Position numbers and translations under genes: made by a program
Source of the DNA: an uncultured Candidatus Saccharibacteria bacterium
GTDB lineage: Bacteria > Patescibacteriota > UBA1384 > JAMDBS01 > CAZXAY01
DNA: 37,346 nucleotides
Assembly: GCA_964638435.1 (NCBI GenBank)
Contig: CAZXAY010000004.1
Span: forward strand, 1-37,346
Reading direction: 5' to 3'
The notes under the pieces: model-generated
Databases searched by the model: none
The model's input: the letters and a program-made list of their open reading frames with translations, nothing else
Told to the model about the DNA's origin: nothing
In this document: one piece after another, positions 1-7,108 of the stretch
Position numbering within the stretch: position 1 is the stretch's first letter
How the letters are laid out: every line of letters begins with the position of its first letter

Positions 1-40
1 GAGTAGCTTGCTTCGAACACCCCAAGAAAAAGTATTTCGA

Positions 41-115
41 CGCGGGGTGGAGTAGTGGCAACTCGACGGTCTCATAAGCCGTAGGTCGGCGGTTCGAATC
101 CGCCCCCCGCTACCA
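41..115 (+). tRNA. initiator tRNA-Met (anticodon CAT), CCA encoded
   Basis: The cloverleaf was read by eye. The acceptor is CGCGGGG/CCCCGCT with a 1:72 mismatch. The 5' CGCGGGGTGGAG matches E. coli tRNA-fMet as recalled from memory. The T-arm is GGCGG-TTCGAAT-CCGCC and the anticodon loop is CTCATAA. Confidence 0.85.
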
Positions 116-189
116 ATTCCAAAATTTTTCGATTTTCAATCTCAAATTTTGTTCATGGCTAGCCAATATAATAGAAAAATTTTGGAATT
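115..189. repeat. 16-bp perfect inverted repeat (AATTCCAAAATTTTTC / GAAAAATTTTGGAATT) directly after tRNA-fMet
   Basis: The arms lie at 115-130 and 174-189. A second imperfect inverted repeat pairs about 124-148 with 207-235. Confidence 0.7.
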
Positions 190-248
190 GTCCTAAAATA
201 AAATTGAGAATGCAATTCGAAAATTTTATGAAGGGCAAAATCCCATCT

Positions 249-459
249 ATGTTTTATAGTTATATTTTAAAATGCTTTGATAGTTCTTACTATCTTGGCT
301 CAACTAATAATTTAAGTAAAAAGAATTAAAGAACACAACTCGGGTAAAGCAGCCAATTATACTGCAAAAAGAAGGCCTTGCTTTATAGTATGGTATAATA
401 ATTTTCCAACCAGGCAACAAGCTATAAATGAGGAAATGAGATTAAAAAAAACTAAGTAG
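249..459 (+). pseudogene. GIY-YIG nuclease minigene with a +1 frameshift
   Basis: Frame 1 reads MFYSYILKCFDSSYYLGSTNNLSKK and then stops at 327-329. The +1 frame continues RIKEHNSGKAANYTAKRRPCFIVWYNNFPTRQQAINEEMRLKKTK and stops at 457-459. The shift falls in the A5 run at 318-322. Removing one A restores a canonical roughly 69-aa GIY-YIG protein. Confidence 0.75.
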
Positions 460-481
460 GATAAAAAAAGAAAACCTAATT

Positions 482-706
482 TTGTCTAAAAACACAGTTT
501 GGTTACATTACAAAGGAAATAAATATATAATTTTAAATATATTTGATAACCTAGTTTGTTACGCCGATTTGCAAGAATGGAAAGGATTTTCTAAAGATAA
601 AAAAGCTGTCGGAAATCAATTACAAGTTTGGCTACGCAATAAAAATCAATGGCTTGATATAATTGATAATAATAAATTAAGATTTAATCTAATAGAGGCT
701 CTGTAG
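482..706 (+). CDS. small DUF1653-like protein (TTG start; the 3' end overlaps the next tRNA by 10 nt)
   Basis: HYKGNKY...LVCYADL...VWLRNKNQWLD...KLRFNLI resembles the DUF1653 pattern (HFKGNLY...VVY.AL...WVRP...PRFEY) as recalled from memory. The start codon is uncertain. Confidence 0.45.
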   Translation: MSKNTVWLHYKGNKYIILNIFDNLVCYADLQEWKGFSKDKKAVGNQLQVWLRNKNQWLDIIDNNKLRFNLIEAL

Positions 707-771
707 CTCAGCGGTAGAGCGACGGAATCATAATCCGCAGGTCGGTGGTTCGATCCCACCCGGAGCCACCA
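697..771 (+). tRNA. tRNA with anticodon CAT (elongator Met or lysidine-dependent Ile2), CCA encoded
   Basis: The acceptor is GGCTCTG/CGGAGCC, the D-arm is GCTCAGCGGTAGAGC, the anticodon loop is ATCATAA and the T-arm is GGTGG-TTCGATC-CCACC. Confidence 0.85.
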
Positions 772-883
772 CTTAACAAAATAACAAATCTCAAAAATCA
801 AATAACAAACAAAGTTCTAATTCTCGAAATATATAATTCAAAACTGTTTGAAATTTAGAATATTTGAATTTGATATTTATTTG

Positions 884-914
884 CCCTACAGGGGTCTCGA
901 GCCTGTCGAGAGAT
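884..914. repeat. small GC-rich double hairpin (CCCT-ac-AGGG; TCTCGA-gcctg-TCGAGA)
   Basis: It is near-identical to 5962-5983 (ATCTCGAGCTTCGTCGAGAGAT). It is also related to modules inside the elements at 3078-3222, 11312-11428 and 27519-27598. Confidence 0.6.
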
Positions 915-948
915 GATTTGTAACTTGTCATTTGGAATTTATTTATAT

Positions 949-2757
949 ATGCCAAATAACGAAACTCCCAAACAAAATGTTACTAAAAATATTGTTTACA
1001 TCATAATATTAATTATGATTGGTTTGAGTATGTACACAATATTAAACCCTGCTAAAAGCCAAACCAAAGTAACTAATATTTCTGACATTGCAAAAGAGGT
1101 CAATCAGGGTCAAATAGATAAAATTGAGATTAAGGATAACGAGATTACTGCCTTTTTTAAAGATGGTAAAAAAACTAAAGCCTATAAAGAATCAGGGGTT
1201 GGTTTAAATGAATATGGTATAACTCCAGATAAGGTAACTATTGATGTCAAAGATACCGGAAAAAATGCTGGCTGGGTAAGTTTACTAAGTATTTTATTAC
1301 CATTTCTTTTAATCGCAGGTTTTTTGTGGCTTTTGCTTCGTCAAGCTCAAGGTGGCAATATGAAAGCCATGAGTTTTGGTAAAACCTCTGCTCGCCTCTT
1401 TGGCCCCGGAGCTAAGAAAAAGATCATGTTTAAAGATGTCGCTGGGTTAAAAGAATCCAAACAAGAATTATCAGAGATTGTTGAATTTTTAAAAAGTCCT
1501 AAAAAGTTTAAGGATGTTGGAGCCGAGATTCCAAAAGGTGTCTTAATGATTGGCCCACCTGGCTGCGGTAAAACATTACTTGCCAAAGCTGTTGCGGGTG
1601 AAGCTAATGTACCATTCTTTTCCCTATCAGCCAGTGAATTTGTCGAAATGTTTGTAGGAGTAGGAGCTAGTCGAGTTAGAGACCTATTCCAAAAAGCCAA
1701 GAGAAACTCTCCAGCATTAATTTTTATTGATGAGCTTGATGCAATAGGTCGCCAGCGTGGCTCAGGTCTAGGGGGCTCTCATGACGAAAGAGAACAAACA
1801 TTAAACCAAATACTTGTTGAGATGGATGGCTTTGAAACCGATGATAAAGTTATTGTACTCGCTGCCACCAATCGCCCCGATGTACTTGATCCTGCCCTGC
1901 TTAGACCTGGAAGATTTGATCGTAGAGTAGCACTAAGTTTACCAGATAAAATTGAACGTGAAGAAATTTTAAAAATTCATTCAAAAAATAAACCGCTTGC
2001 CAAAGATGCTAGATTAGATAAAATTGCCTCAGCTACTGCTGGTCTTGCTGGTGCTGATTTACGTAATATCATGAATGAAGCTGCAATACTTACTGCTCGA
2101 GGTGGTAGAAAAGAAATTAAGCAATCGGACATTGAAGAATCAATCGAAAAAACAATGTTGGGCCCAGAGAAAAAATCACAAATTCTAAGCCAAAAAGAAA
2201 AAGAAATTTCTGCTTATCATGAATCAGGCCACGCAATTGTTGGCCACGTATTACCAAACTGCGATCCTATTCACAAAATTTCAATCGTATCTCGTGGTAA
2301 TGCCCTTGGCTATACTTGGAGTCTACCATTAGAAGATAAACACTTATATTCCAAAAGTAAGTTTGAAGATGAAATTGCTCAACTACTTGCCGGTCGCGAG
2401 GCCGAAACTATTATCTTTGGCGAAACTACAACTGGCGCCGAGAATGATCTAAAAAGAGCTAGTAAAATTGCTCGCGATATGGTCAAAGTTTATGGCATGA
2501 GCGAAAAAATGGCACCCGTAGTATTGGGCGAACGTGAAGAAATGGTATTTTTAGGTCGCGAGATTGGCGAGCATAAAATTTTTAGCGAAAAAACTGCCGC
2601 CATGGTTGATGATGAAATCGAAAATATTATCGCCCGCAATCAAATCCGCGCCCATAATTTATTAATGAAACACAAACCCGAACTCAAAAAAATCACCGAC
2701 AAATTACTTAAAGTTGAGGTAGTTGAAGGTAAAGAGCTGGAAAAGTTATTTAAATAG
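949..2757 (+). CDS. ftsH: ATP-dependent zinc metalloprotease FtsH
   Basis: There are N-terminal TM segments. Motifs seen are Walker A GPPGCGKT, Walker B LIFIDELD, the [22 protein letters not shown] and the zinc motif HESGHA. The start was moved to ATG 949 (MPNNETPKQ). Confidence 0.95.
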   Translation: MPNNETPKQNVTKNIVYIIILIMIGLSMYTILNPAKSQTKVTNISDIAKEVNQGQIDKIEIKDNEITAFFKDGKKTKAYKESGVGLNEYGITPDKVTIDVKDTGKNAGWVSLLSILLPFLLIAGFLWLLLRQAQGGNMKAMSFGKTSARLFGPGAKKKIMFKDVAGLKESKQELSEIVEFLKSPKKFKDVGAEIPKGVLMIGPPGCGKTLLAKAVAGEANVPFFSLSASEFVEMFVGVGASRVRDLFQKAKRNSPALIFIDELDAIGRQRGSGLGGSHDEREQTLNQILVEMDGFETDDKVIVLAATNRPDVLDPALLRPGRFDRRVALSLPDKIEREEILKIHSKNKPLAKDARLDKIASATAGLAGADLRNIMNEAAILTARGGRKEIKQSDIEESIEKTMLGPEKKSQILSQKEKEISAYHESGHAIVGHVLPNCDPIHKISIVSRGNALGYTWSLPLEDKHLYSKSKFEDEIAQLLAGREAETIIFGETTTGAENDLKRASKIARDMVKVYGMSEKMAPVVLGEREEMVFLGREIGEHKIFSEKTAAMVDDEIENIIARNQIRAHNLLMKHKPELKKITDKLLKVEVVEGKELEKLFK

Positions 2758-3074
2758 TTATACCAACAATTTGATTTAATCTCCACCAATGCTTTTTCAC
2801 TAATTACACTAATATACAAAAAGAGACCTCAAAGTTTTATTTTTGTATCTAAAATTAGAAGTTATTAGAAAATACCTAATTCACTTATTTCTTTAAGCTT
2901 TTTAGTACCAAGAATTTCGTGTTGCTTTAGTGCGTTAATGATAATCAAATATAATTGTTTATCTTTATTGCGTTTAAATTATTTAACTTCTTTATTCTTC
3001 ATGCAAAGTTCTTATATTTTTAAGAATCATATCTAGTCTATTAATAACTTTATCTTCAAGTTTTTCTATTCTAT

Positions 3075-3353
3075 TTAGGACTTACGCGTTTCAGCGTTGT
3101 CATCCTGAACAACAGTGAAGGATCTCGATGAGATTCTTCGGGATGAACCCTCTCTTCGAGTCTGAGCGACGAGATCGCCAGACCTCAGAGTCGATGACAG
3201 AATGACATCAAACGCGTAAGTCTTACTATTATTAAACTCTCCCTTGGTCACTAAACGTTCTTCCATCTCTGGAAATAAAACTTTCCGATTATATTTAATC
3301 AACATTTCCAACGTAAGTGGTTTATCAAGTTGTATTTTTTTATTACTAGACAT
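3075..3353 (-). CDS. small ORF whose 3' half is read-through into repeat element E1 (probably disrupted)
   Basis: The N-terminal roughly 44 aa (MSSNKKIQLDKPLTLEMLIKYNRKVLFPEMEERLVTKGEFNNSK) look genuine. The rest translates the palindromic element. A further fragment, LNRIEKLEDKVINRLDMILKNIRTLHEE, follows in another frame downstream of the element. Confidence 0.3.
   Translation of the reverse strand: MSSNKKIQLDKPLTLEMLIKYNRKVLFPEMEERLVTKGEFNNSKTYAFDVILSSTLRSGDLVAQTRREGSSRRISSRSFTVVQDDNAETRKS
3078..3222. repeat. nested-hairpin repeat element E1 (MITE/REP-like)
   Basis: The terminal inverted repeats are GGACTTACGCGTT and AACGCGTAAGTC. The inner arms are GTCATCCTGAA and CAGAATGAC. Its reverse complement shares long blocks with 11312-11428. 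Confidence 0.8.
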
Positions 3354-3454
3354 ATTTTTATTATAATTGATTTTACTAATCTCTGTCGAATTTTTCCTCA
3401 GATTTAAAACTTCCTTTATTTTATGCGTACGCTTTTTTTAGAGGAAGTTGAATA

Positions 3455-4099
3455 TTATTTGTTGATTTTTAATAAACTTGCGTTATCACAACATGAATAA
3501 GCACTGGAGTAAACACTGTATAAAAAATCACTCATCAAATATTTCTTTTTACCACCTCTATGATTCCATAGAGAATCGTTTGCATAAACGAAATTATCTT
3601 TATACCCAGTTACCACATTAAAATGAAGGTTAAATTCTGGCTTGTCACTTTCAAAAATATTGGGAGTTAATATTGTAATTAGTGGTCTCTTGTTATCAAT
3701 CTCGTTTTTAACATCATCAGCATTAGGAATTTTTAGCTCTATTTTCCCACCCGCTTTTATAAATTTCAAACTAAATTTTAATGATCTTATGTTCTCTAGT
3801 TTTCTCTCTTTTTTAAGAATATTTTTTAAACGCTGGACAATCTCTTTTTGAATAAGATTTTTATCTTTAAAAGTAAACAAATATGGATTAAGCGTGGTCA
3901 TAGTAACTTTAAAACTCTTTTTTATCAAATATTGCCCAAGTTGTGGCATATAAGTACCCATTTTATAAACTTTAATCTCTTCACGCAGTTTTTCAATATT
4001 AATTTTAACGCCATAAAAATTCAAGACCATAGCTACCGCAGCCAACCCGCAATCAACTGAATTCTTTTTTTGCCTAATAAGTGGCACATTTAATTGCAT
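3455..4099 (-). CDS. papain-like cysteine peptidase (C39-like)
   Basis: The N-terminal QKKNSVDCGLAAVAMVLNFYG is a C39-type Q...C motif. An RBS GAGGAG lies inside the end of the upstream gene, and the gap to the amidase gene is 3 nt. Confidence 0.6.
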   Translation of the reverse strand: MQLNVPLIRQKKNSVDCGLAAVAMVLNFYGVKINIEKLREEIKVYKMGTYMPQLGQYLIKKSFKVTMTTLNPYLFTFKDKNLIQKEIVQRLKNILKKERKLENIRSLKFSLKFIKAGGKIELKIPNADDVKNEIDNKRPLITILTPNIFESDKPEFNLHFNVVTGYKDNFVYANDSLWNHRGGKKKYLMSDFLYSVYSSAYSCCDNASLLKINK

Positions 4100-4102
4100 A
4101 TT

Positions 4103-4876
4103 TTACTCCTCATCCGCAGGGATTATTTGATCATTATTAATTACTGGTTCAATACTATCAGGATTTTCAAAATAGTTAATAATCCCATCAACTATCCCTT
4201 GAGCCTCGTCTTTTAATCGCGTTGAACCAGCTTTAGTCAGTAAATTATATTCTTCACTACTACTCATAAAAAATGCCTCACTAATAGTTGCTGGCATATC
4301 CGCCTTTGATAATATTCGGGAATTTAATTTGGCAACTCCTCCATTTTTGATGCCAAGCCTATTTGACACACCACTAACAATACTACTAGCTAACACTTGG
4401 TCAAACTCAGTATAATATAATGACGATGAGTAATTAACAGTCGGATCAGTGTATGAATTATGATGAATTGCCACCATAATCTCAGCCTTGGTATTGTTGC
4501 AATAATTATAACGATCTTGTTTTGATAATGATTGATCACTTGTTCTAGTCATATAAACCTTGTAACCCTTATCTTCAAGGATAGTTTGCATTTTTAAAGC
4601 CACTGTTAAATCAATCTCTTTTTCAATAATTTTTTTATTATTACCACCCTGATCCACCCCTCCGTGACCAGCATCCAAACAAACTGAATGTGAATTGCTA
4701 ATCTCTTCTTCTTGAGTTACCTCCACTCCCAAAAACTTGGAAAATTCTTCGCTCTCTGCAGGTTTATTGTTAACAATAGCGGATTTAATCACAAAAAACC
4801 CCACAATTATCAGGATAACAAAAAAAATAGGTGACTTCTTCCTTTTAACTTGCCCCGGTCTAATAAATCTATTCAT
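4103..4876 (-). CDS. N-acetylmuramoyl-L-alanine amidase (Amidase_3 type), membrane anchored
   Basis: There is an N-terminal TM segment. Motifs are CLDAGHGGVDQGG, EKEIDL, the MTR motif and AIHHNS. Confidence 0.8.
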   Translation of the reverse strand: MNRFIRPGQVKRKKSPIFFVILIIVGFFVIKSAIVNNKPAESEEFSKFLGVEVTQEEEISNSHSVCLDAGHGGVDQGGNNKKIIEKEIDLTVALKMQTILEDKGYKVYMTRTSDQSLSKQDRYNYCNNTKAEIMVAIHHNSYTDPTVNYSSSLYYTEFDQVLASSIVSGVSNRLGIKNGGVAKLNSRILSKADMPATISEAFFMSSSEEYNLLTKAGSTRLKDEAQGIVDGIINYFENPDSIEPVINNDQIIPADEE

Positions 4877-4980
4877 AAAATTAATTTTTCAAAGTCAAAA
4901 ACTACTACCTTAATAATTTCACCTTTCTGCATGTCTAATTAAAAATTAAAATTTGTAAATTAAAAATTTGTAATCAGCCT

Positions 4981-5454
4981 TTAGATATCTGTTCCCGTAA
5001 TTCCCATAATAAGTAACGCAATTGCGACGAACAAAATACTTAAGTAATACATCCATGATTTTCTGGCATTATATAAATACGCTAGTATACCCAATATAAC
5101 CACCGAACCAAGCGTATAAGATAAATATGGCCGTTGATAAGTCAAAATACCAATGGATACTAACGCAATCGCTGTTGGCACCATAGTCCATGTTGCTTTA
5201 TAAATTGCTATTAATTTCGATTTATAAACATAGTAAGTAGTAACTGCAATTAGCCCAATAAAAATTGACACTCTTAAAACGTGGTATTGCCAGTTTAACC
5301 GTGGTTCAAGTTCATGACCGGTACCAAGAATTCTATCGCAAGTCGTATATACAAGCGCGCAAAATCCAAATACTAGAATTAATAGTACTATACCAAAAAC
5401 TAAAATAGCCAGCACTTGCAAAAAAATCGCTAAATTCTTGTTTTTAATTTTCAT
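4981..5454 (-). CDS. integral membrane protein, function unknown
   Basis: There are four or five hydrophobic segments. The RBS is AGGGAGG. No motif was recognised. Confidence 0.6.
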   Translation of the reverse strand: MKIKNKNLAIFLQVLAILVFGIVLLILVFGFCALVYTTCDRILGTGHELEPRLNWQYHVLRVSIFIGLIAVTTYYVYKSKLIAIYKATWTMVPTAIALVSIGILTYQRPYLSYTLGSVVILGILAYLYNARKSWMYYLSILFVAIALLIMGITGTDI

Positions 5455-5493
5455 TATTCCTCCCTATGCGCCTACTGGCGCCGGGCGGTCGAT

Positions 5494-5994
5494 TTAGCGA
5501 CATAGCCCAATCACCACCACATAGTTTTTACCATAAACCTTAGCGCATTTAGGACAAGTTGTGTACCACATATATGGTCTAACTAATTTTAATTTTTGAG
5601 ACGCAACATATTTGGCAAAATCTTGCATCCACTTACCGGTATCTTTAAATTCACCCTCGTATACTTTACTTACAAATTTTCCGCTAATTTTCTCAGTTTC
5701 TAGACCCTCAACTTCTTTATCAACTGCCAAATAAACATTCATATTCCACATCGAGGTGTGATCACTCAAACACATAAAATCTTTACTAGTTGCGCCAGCT
5801 GAGCGCACTTTTTCATCCAATTTTTTCATCACTCCACCAAAGTTAATAGGCATGTACATAAAAGTAAAAACTTTACCTTTAACAAAAGGTTTATCCTTCC
5901 ATTCAAAAGTCTTACCATCCCAAGGCGCTGGGTCAAATTTGGGGCAACAACCTGTCGATAGATCTCGAGCTTCGTCGAGAGATTCATTTGGCAT
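5494..5994 (-). CDS. conserved Cys-rich protein (CCPKFDP...TCPKCAKVYGKNYVV family), function unknown
   Basis: The pattern CCPxFDPxPWD...TCPKCAK is one I recall from uncharacterised archaeal and clostridial proteins. The RBS is GGAGG. Codons 5-12 (SLDEARDL) are encoded by a copy of the TCTCGA/TCGAGA hairpin. Confidence 0.6.
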   Translation of the reverse strand: MPNESLDEARDLSTGCCPKFDPAPWDGKTFEWKDKPFVKGKVFTFMYMPINFGGVMKKLDEKVRSAGATSKDFMCLSDHTSMWNMNVYLAVDKEVEGLETEKISGKFVSKVYEGEFKDTGKWMQDFAKYVASQKLKLVRPYMWYTTCPKCAKVYGKNYVVVIGLCR

Positions 5995-6010
5995 AAAACC
6001 TCCAATTAAG

Positions 6011-6056
6011 GTTAATAATTGTTAATATTGGTTAACAAAAGTTAATAACAGTTATT
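6011..6056. repeat. five exactly 10-bp-phased GTTAAT/GTTAAC/GTTATT units
   Basis: The units are GTTAATAATT, GTTAATATTG, GTTAACAAAA, GTTAATAACA and GTTATT. The array starts 17 nt upstream of the start of the 5494-5994 gene. Confidence 0.85.
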
Positions 6057-6096
6057 CTTATATATTTTTCAAATATAATGCTATCTTTTTATGTTA

Positions 6097-6125
6097 TGTG
6101 TTACATGCTACATGATACATGTTTC
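6097..6125. repeat. GTTACATGCTACATG word repeat (copy 1)
   Basis: The sequence TGTGTTACATGCTACATGATACATG shares the 14-mer TGTTACATGCTACA with 7014, 7074 and 25130. Confidence 0.8.
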
Positions 6126-6162
6126 GCAATCTACTTCCAATATATCAAAAAATATGATGTTA

Positions 6163-6192
6163 GTAAAAAGCGGCTAATCCTATTTAGCCGCT
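6163..6192 (-). terminator. rho-independent terminator of the three-minigene operon
   Basis: On the minus strand, GCGGCTAA-ataggat-TAGCCGC is followed by TTTTTAC. Confidence 0.7.
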
Positions 6193-6216
6193 CGAATGCT
6201 CGTCAGACGAATCCAC

Positions 6217-6387
6217 CTACTTTTCCTCAATGGAATTTCCTGATTTATCAACCTGACGCAGTCGCCTGCAAAAGTCCCTCATTGCGTCGAGGATATCAAA
6301 CAGTGACGCACAGGGAAAACCAGGCTGCGAGCAAGTATTCAAACACGACGGTACGAGTGTGAGCTTGGGCGGTTTATTTTGTTCCAT
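6217..6387 (-). CDS. 56-aa Cys-rich protein, unknown (not in the ORF track)
   Basis: Hand translation gives MEQNKPPKLTLVPSCLNTCSQPGFPCASLFDILDAMRDFCRRLRQVDKSGNSIEEK. The RBS AAGGAGGAG lies 5 nt upstream and a terminator follows. Confidence 0.6.
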   Translation of the reverse strand: MEQNKPPKLTLVPSCLNTCSQPGFPCASLFDILDAMRDFCRRLRQVDKSGNSIEEK

Positions 6388-6422
6388 TCTTTCTCCTCCT
6401 TATTTCGTTTCAGATTTGTTCC

Positions 6423-6743
6423 CTAACTGCTAATGGCTTTGCCACATTCAGATGAAAAATAAATTCCTGTTTTACCTCTGATCGTGCATACCTGAAAGAC
6501 TTCGGCGAGTTTGTCATTTGCACATTGAAGCCTAGCCTTTCTCAGTAGAGATCTCACATCTTCTTCTGAAAGTTTGGTTTCTTTCATAAGATTATTTAGA
6601 CTAACTGACCGAAATCCAGTCAGTATTTCGAGTAATTTTTCGATGACCTTTATCTCATCGTCTGACAAATCATCGAAAACCAGTTTGTCCTTTATTGCCT
6701 GCGATCTTTGCTCGCAAAGTTTTAGAAATGCTTCTGATGGCAT
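6423..6743 (-). CDS. 106-aa protein, possible HTH (TKLSEEDVRSLLRKA), unknown
   Basis: The RBS is GAGGAGGAAGG. This is the middle gene of the compact higher-GC operon. Confidence 0.65.
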   Translation of the reverse strand: MPSEAFLKLCEQRSQAIKDKLVFDDLSDDEIKVIEKLLEILTGFRSVSLNNLMKETKLSEEDVRSLLRKARLQCANDKLAEVFQVCTIRGKTGIYFSSECGKAISS

Positions 6744-6760
6744 TTTCCTTCCTCCTCATC

Positions 6761-6919
6761 TCAGATCTTTAGTAATCTCAGCACTTCATCTATACGACAA
6801 ATTATTTCTTGTAAGTCTTTTATAACTTTATCTAGAAGGTCTAGTGGTTCTTGATACCATGAAAATACCGGCTCATCTTCAGAATCGTCGGGGTTATTAC
6901 TAGCTGCTGACTCTAACAT
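6761..6919 (-). CDS. 52-aa acidic/helical protein, unknown (not in the ORF track)
   Basis: Hand translation gives MLESAASNNPDDSEDEPVFSWYQEPLDLLDKVIKDLQEIICRIDEVLRLLKI. The RBS is AGGGGGTG. The stop lies 17 nt before the next start. Confidence 0.55.
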   Translation of the reverse strand: MLESAASNNPDDSEDEPVFSWYQEPLDLLDKVIKDLQEIICRIDEVLRLLKI

Positions 6920-6947
6920 GTTAAGGTTCACCCCCTTCATCCTGTAT

Positions 6948-6981
6948 CTTATAACTCAAAACTTGTCACTTATAACTCAAA
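6948..6981. promoter_or_regulatory. direct repeat CTTATAACTCAAA x2 (21-bp spacing) upstream of the minigene operon
   Basis: Exact 13-mers lie at 6948-6960 and 6969-6981. The position is operator-like. Confidence 0.4.
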
Positions 6982-7011
6982 TTAGAACCCAATATAGTAA
7001 ATATACTTGAA

Positions 7012-7040
7012 TTTGTTACATGCTACAAGTTACACTTTTC
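7012..7040. repeat. GTTACATGCTACA word repeat (copy 2)
   Basis: The sequence is TTTGTTACATGCTACAAGTTACAC. Confidence 0.8.
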
Positions 7041-7071
7041 AGGCTTAGCAAATATTGTTGTTTTTATTCCC

Positions 7072-7108
7072 CTTGTTACATGCTACATGTTATATGTTAC
7101 ATGATTTC
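7072..7108. repeat. GTTACATGCTACATGTTATATG word repeat (copy 3)
   Basis: The 22-mer GTTACATGCTACATGTTATATG is identical to the one at 25131-25152. Confidence 0.85.

Noticed and set aside
913-948. Longer N-terminal extensions of tracked ORFs: 913, 12611, 15378, 18215, 23416, 23774, 25116, 28629, 29891, 32173 and 35369
   Set aside because: Internal ATGs with proper RBS spacing give products that begin at the conserved family N-termini. They also avoid overlaps with tRNAs, repeats or upstream genes. The extensions translate repeat or leader sequence.
1347-1700. Antisense or nested ORFs from the track: 1347-1700, 3642-3851, 3848-4060, 6574-6825, 7339-7656, 7750-7965, 9251-9499, 9782-9976, 10438-10689, 10749-11051, 11447-11719, 12383-12568, 15620-15835, 15906-16190, 16774-17013, 16808-17104, 17421-17618, 17938-18186, 18457-18657, 18951-19151, 20522-20752, 21599-21793, 22634-22846, 23311-23508, 24539-24784, 24869-25153, 25595-25867, 28590-28796, 32034-32234, 33185-33493, 34908-35159, 34919-35131, 35011-35232 and 36314-36496
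   Set aside because: Each lies inside or opposite a longer ORF with recognisable motifs or a better RBS. Their products are low-complexity, and none has its own expression signals.
2870-3010. In-frame TAA inside a small minus-strand ORF (MKNKEVK*FKRNKDKQLYLIIINALKQHEILGTKKLKEISELGIF) as a hint of stop-codon reassignment
   Set aside because: All long housekeeping ORFs are intact under the standard code, and TAA, TAG and TGA all terminate well-supported genes. This is more likely a gene fragment or an alternative downstream start.
4941-4978. AT-only word repeats (AATTAAAAATTTGTAA x2; a similar one at 32601-32640) as functional elements
   Set aside because: They are very low-complexity AT sequence in an AT-rich genome. 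There are too few copies in the window to separate them from chance.
6078-6362. Plus-strand 94-aa ORF from the track
   Set aside because: It has no RBS. It lies antisense to a minus-strand 56-aa ORF that has a strong RBS and a terminator, and it starts inside the GTTACATG repeat.
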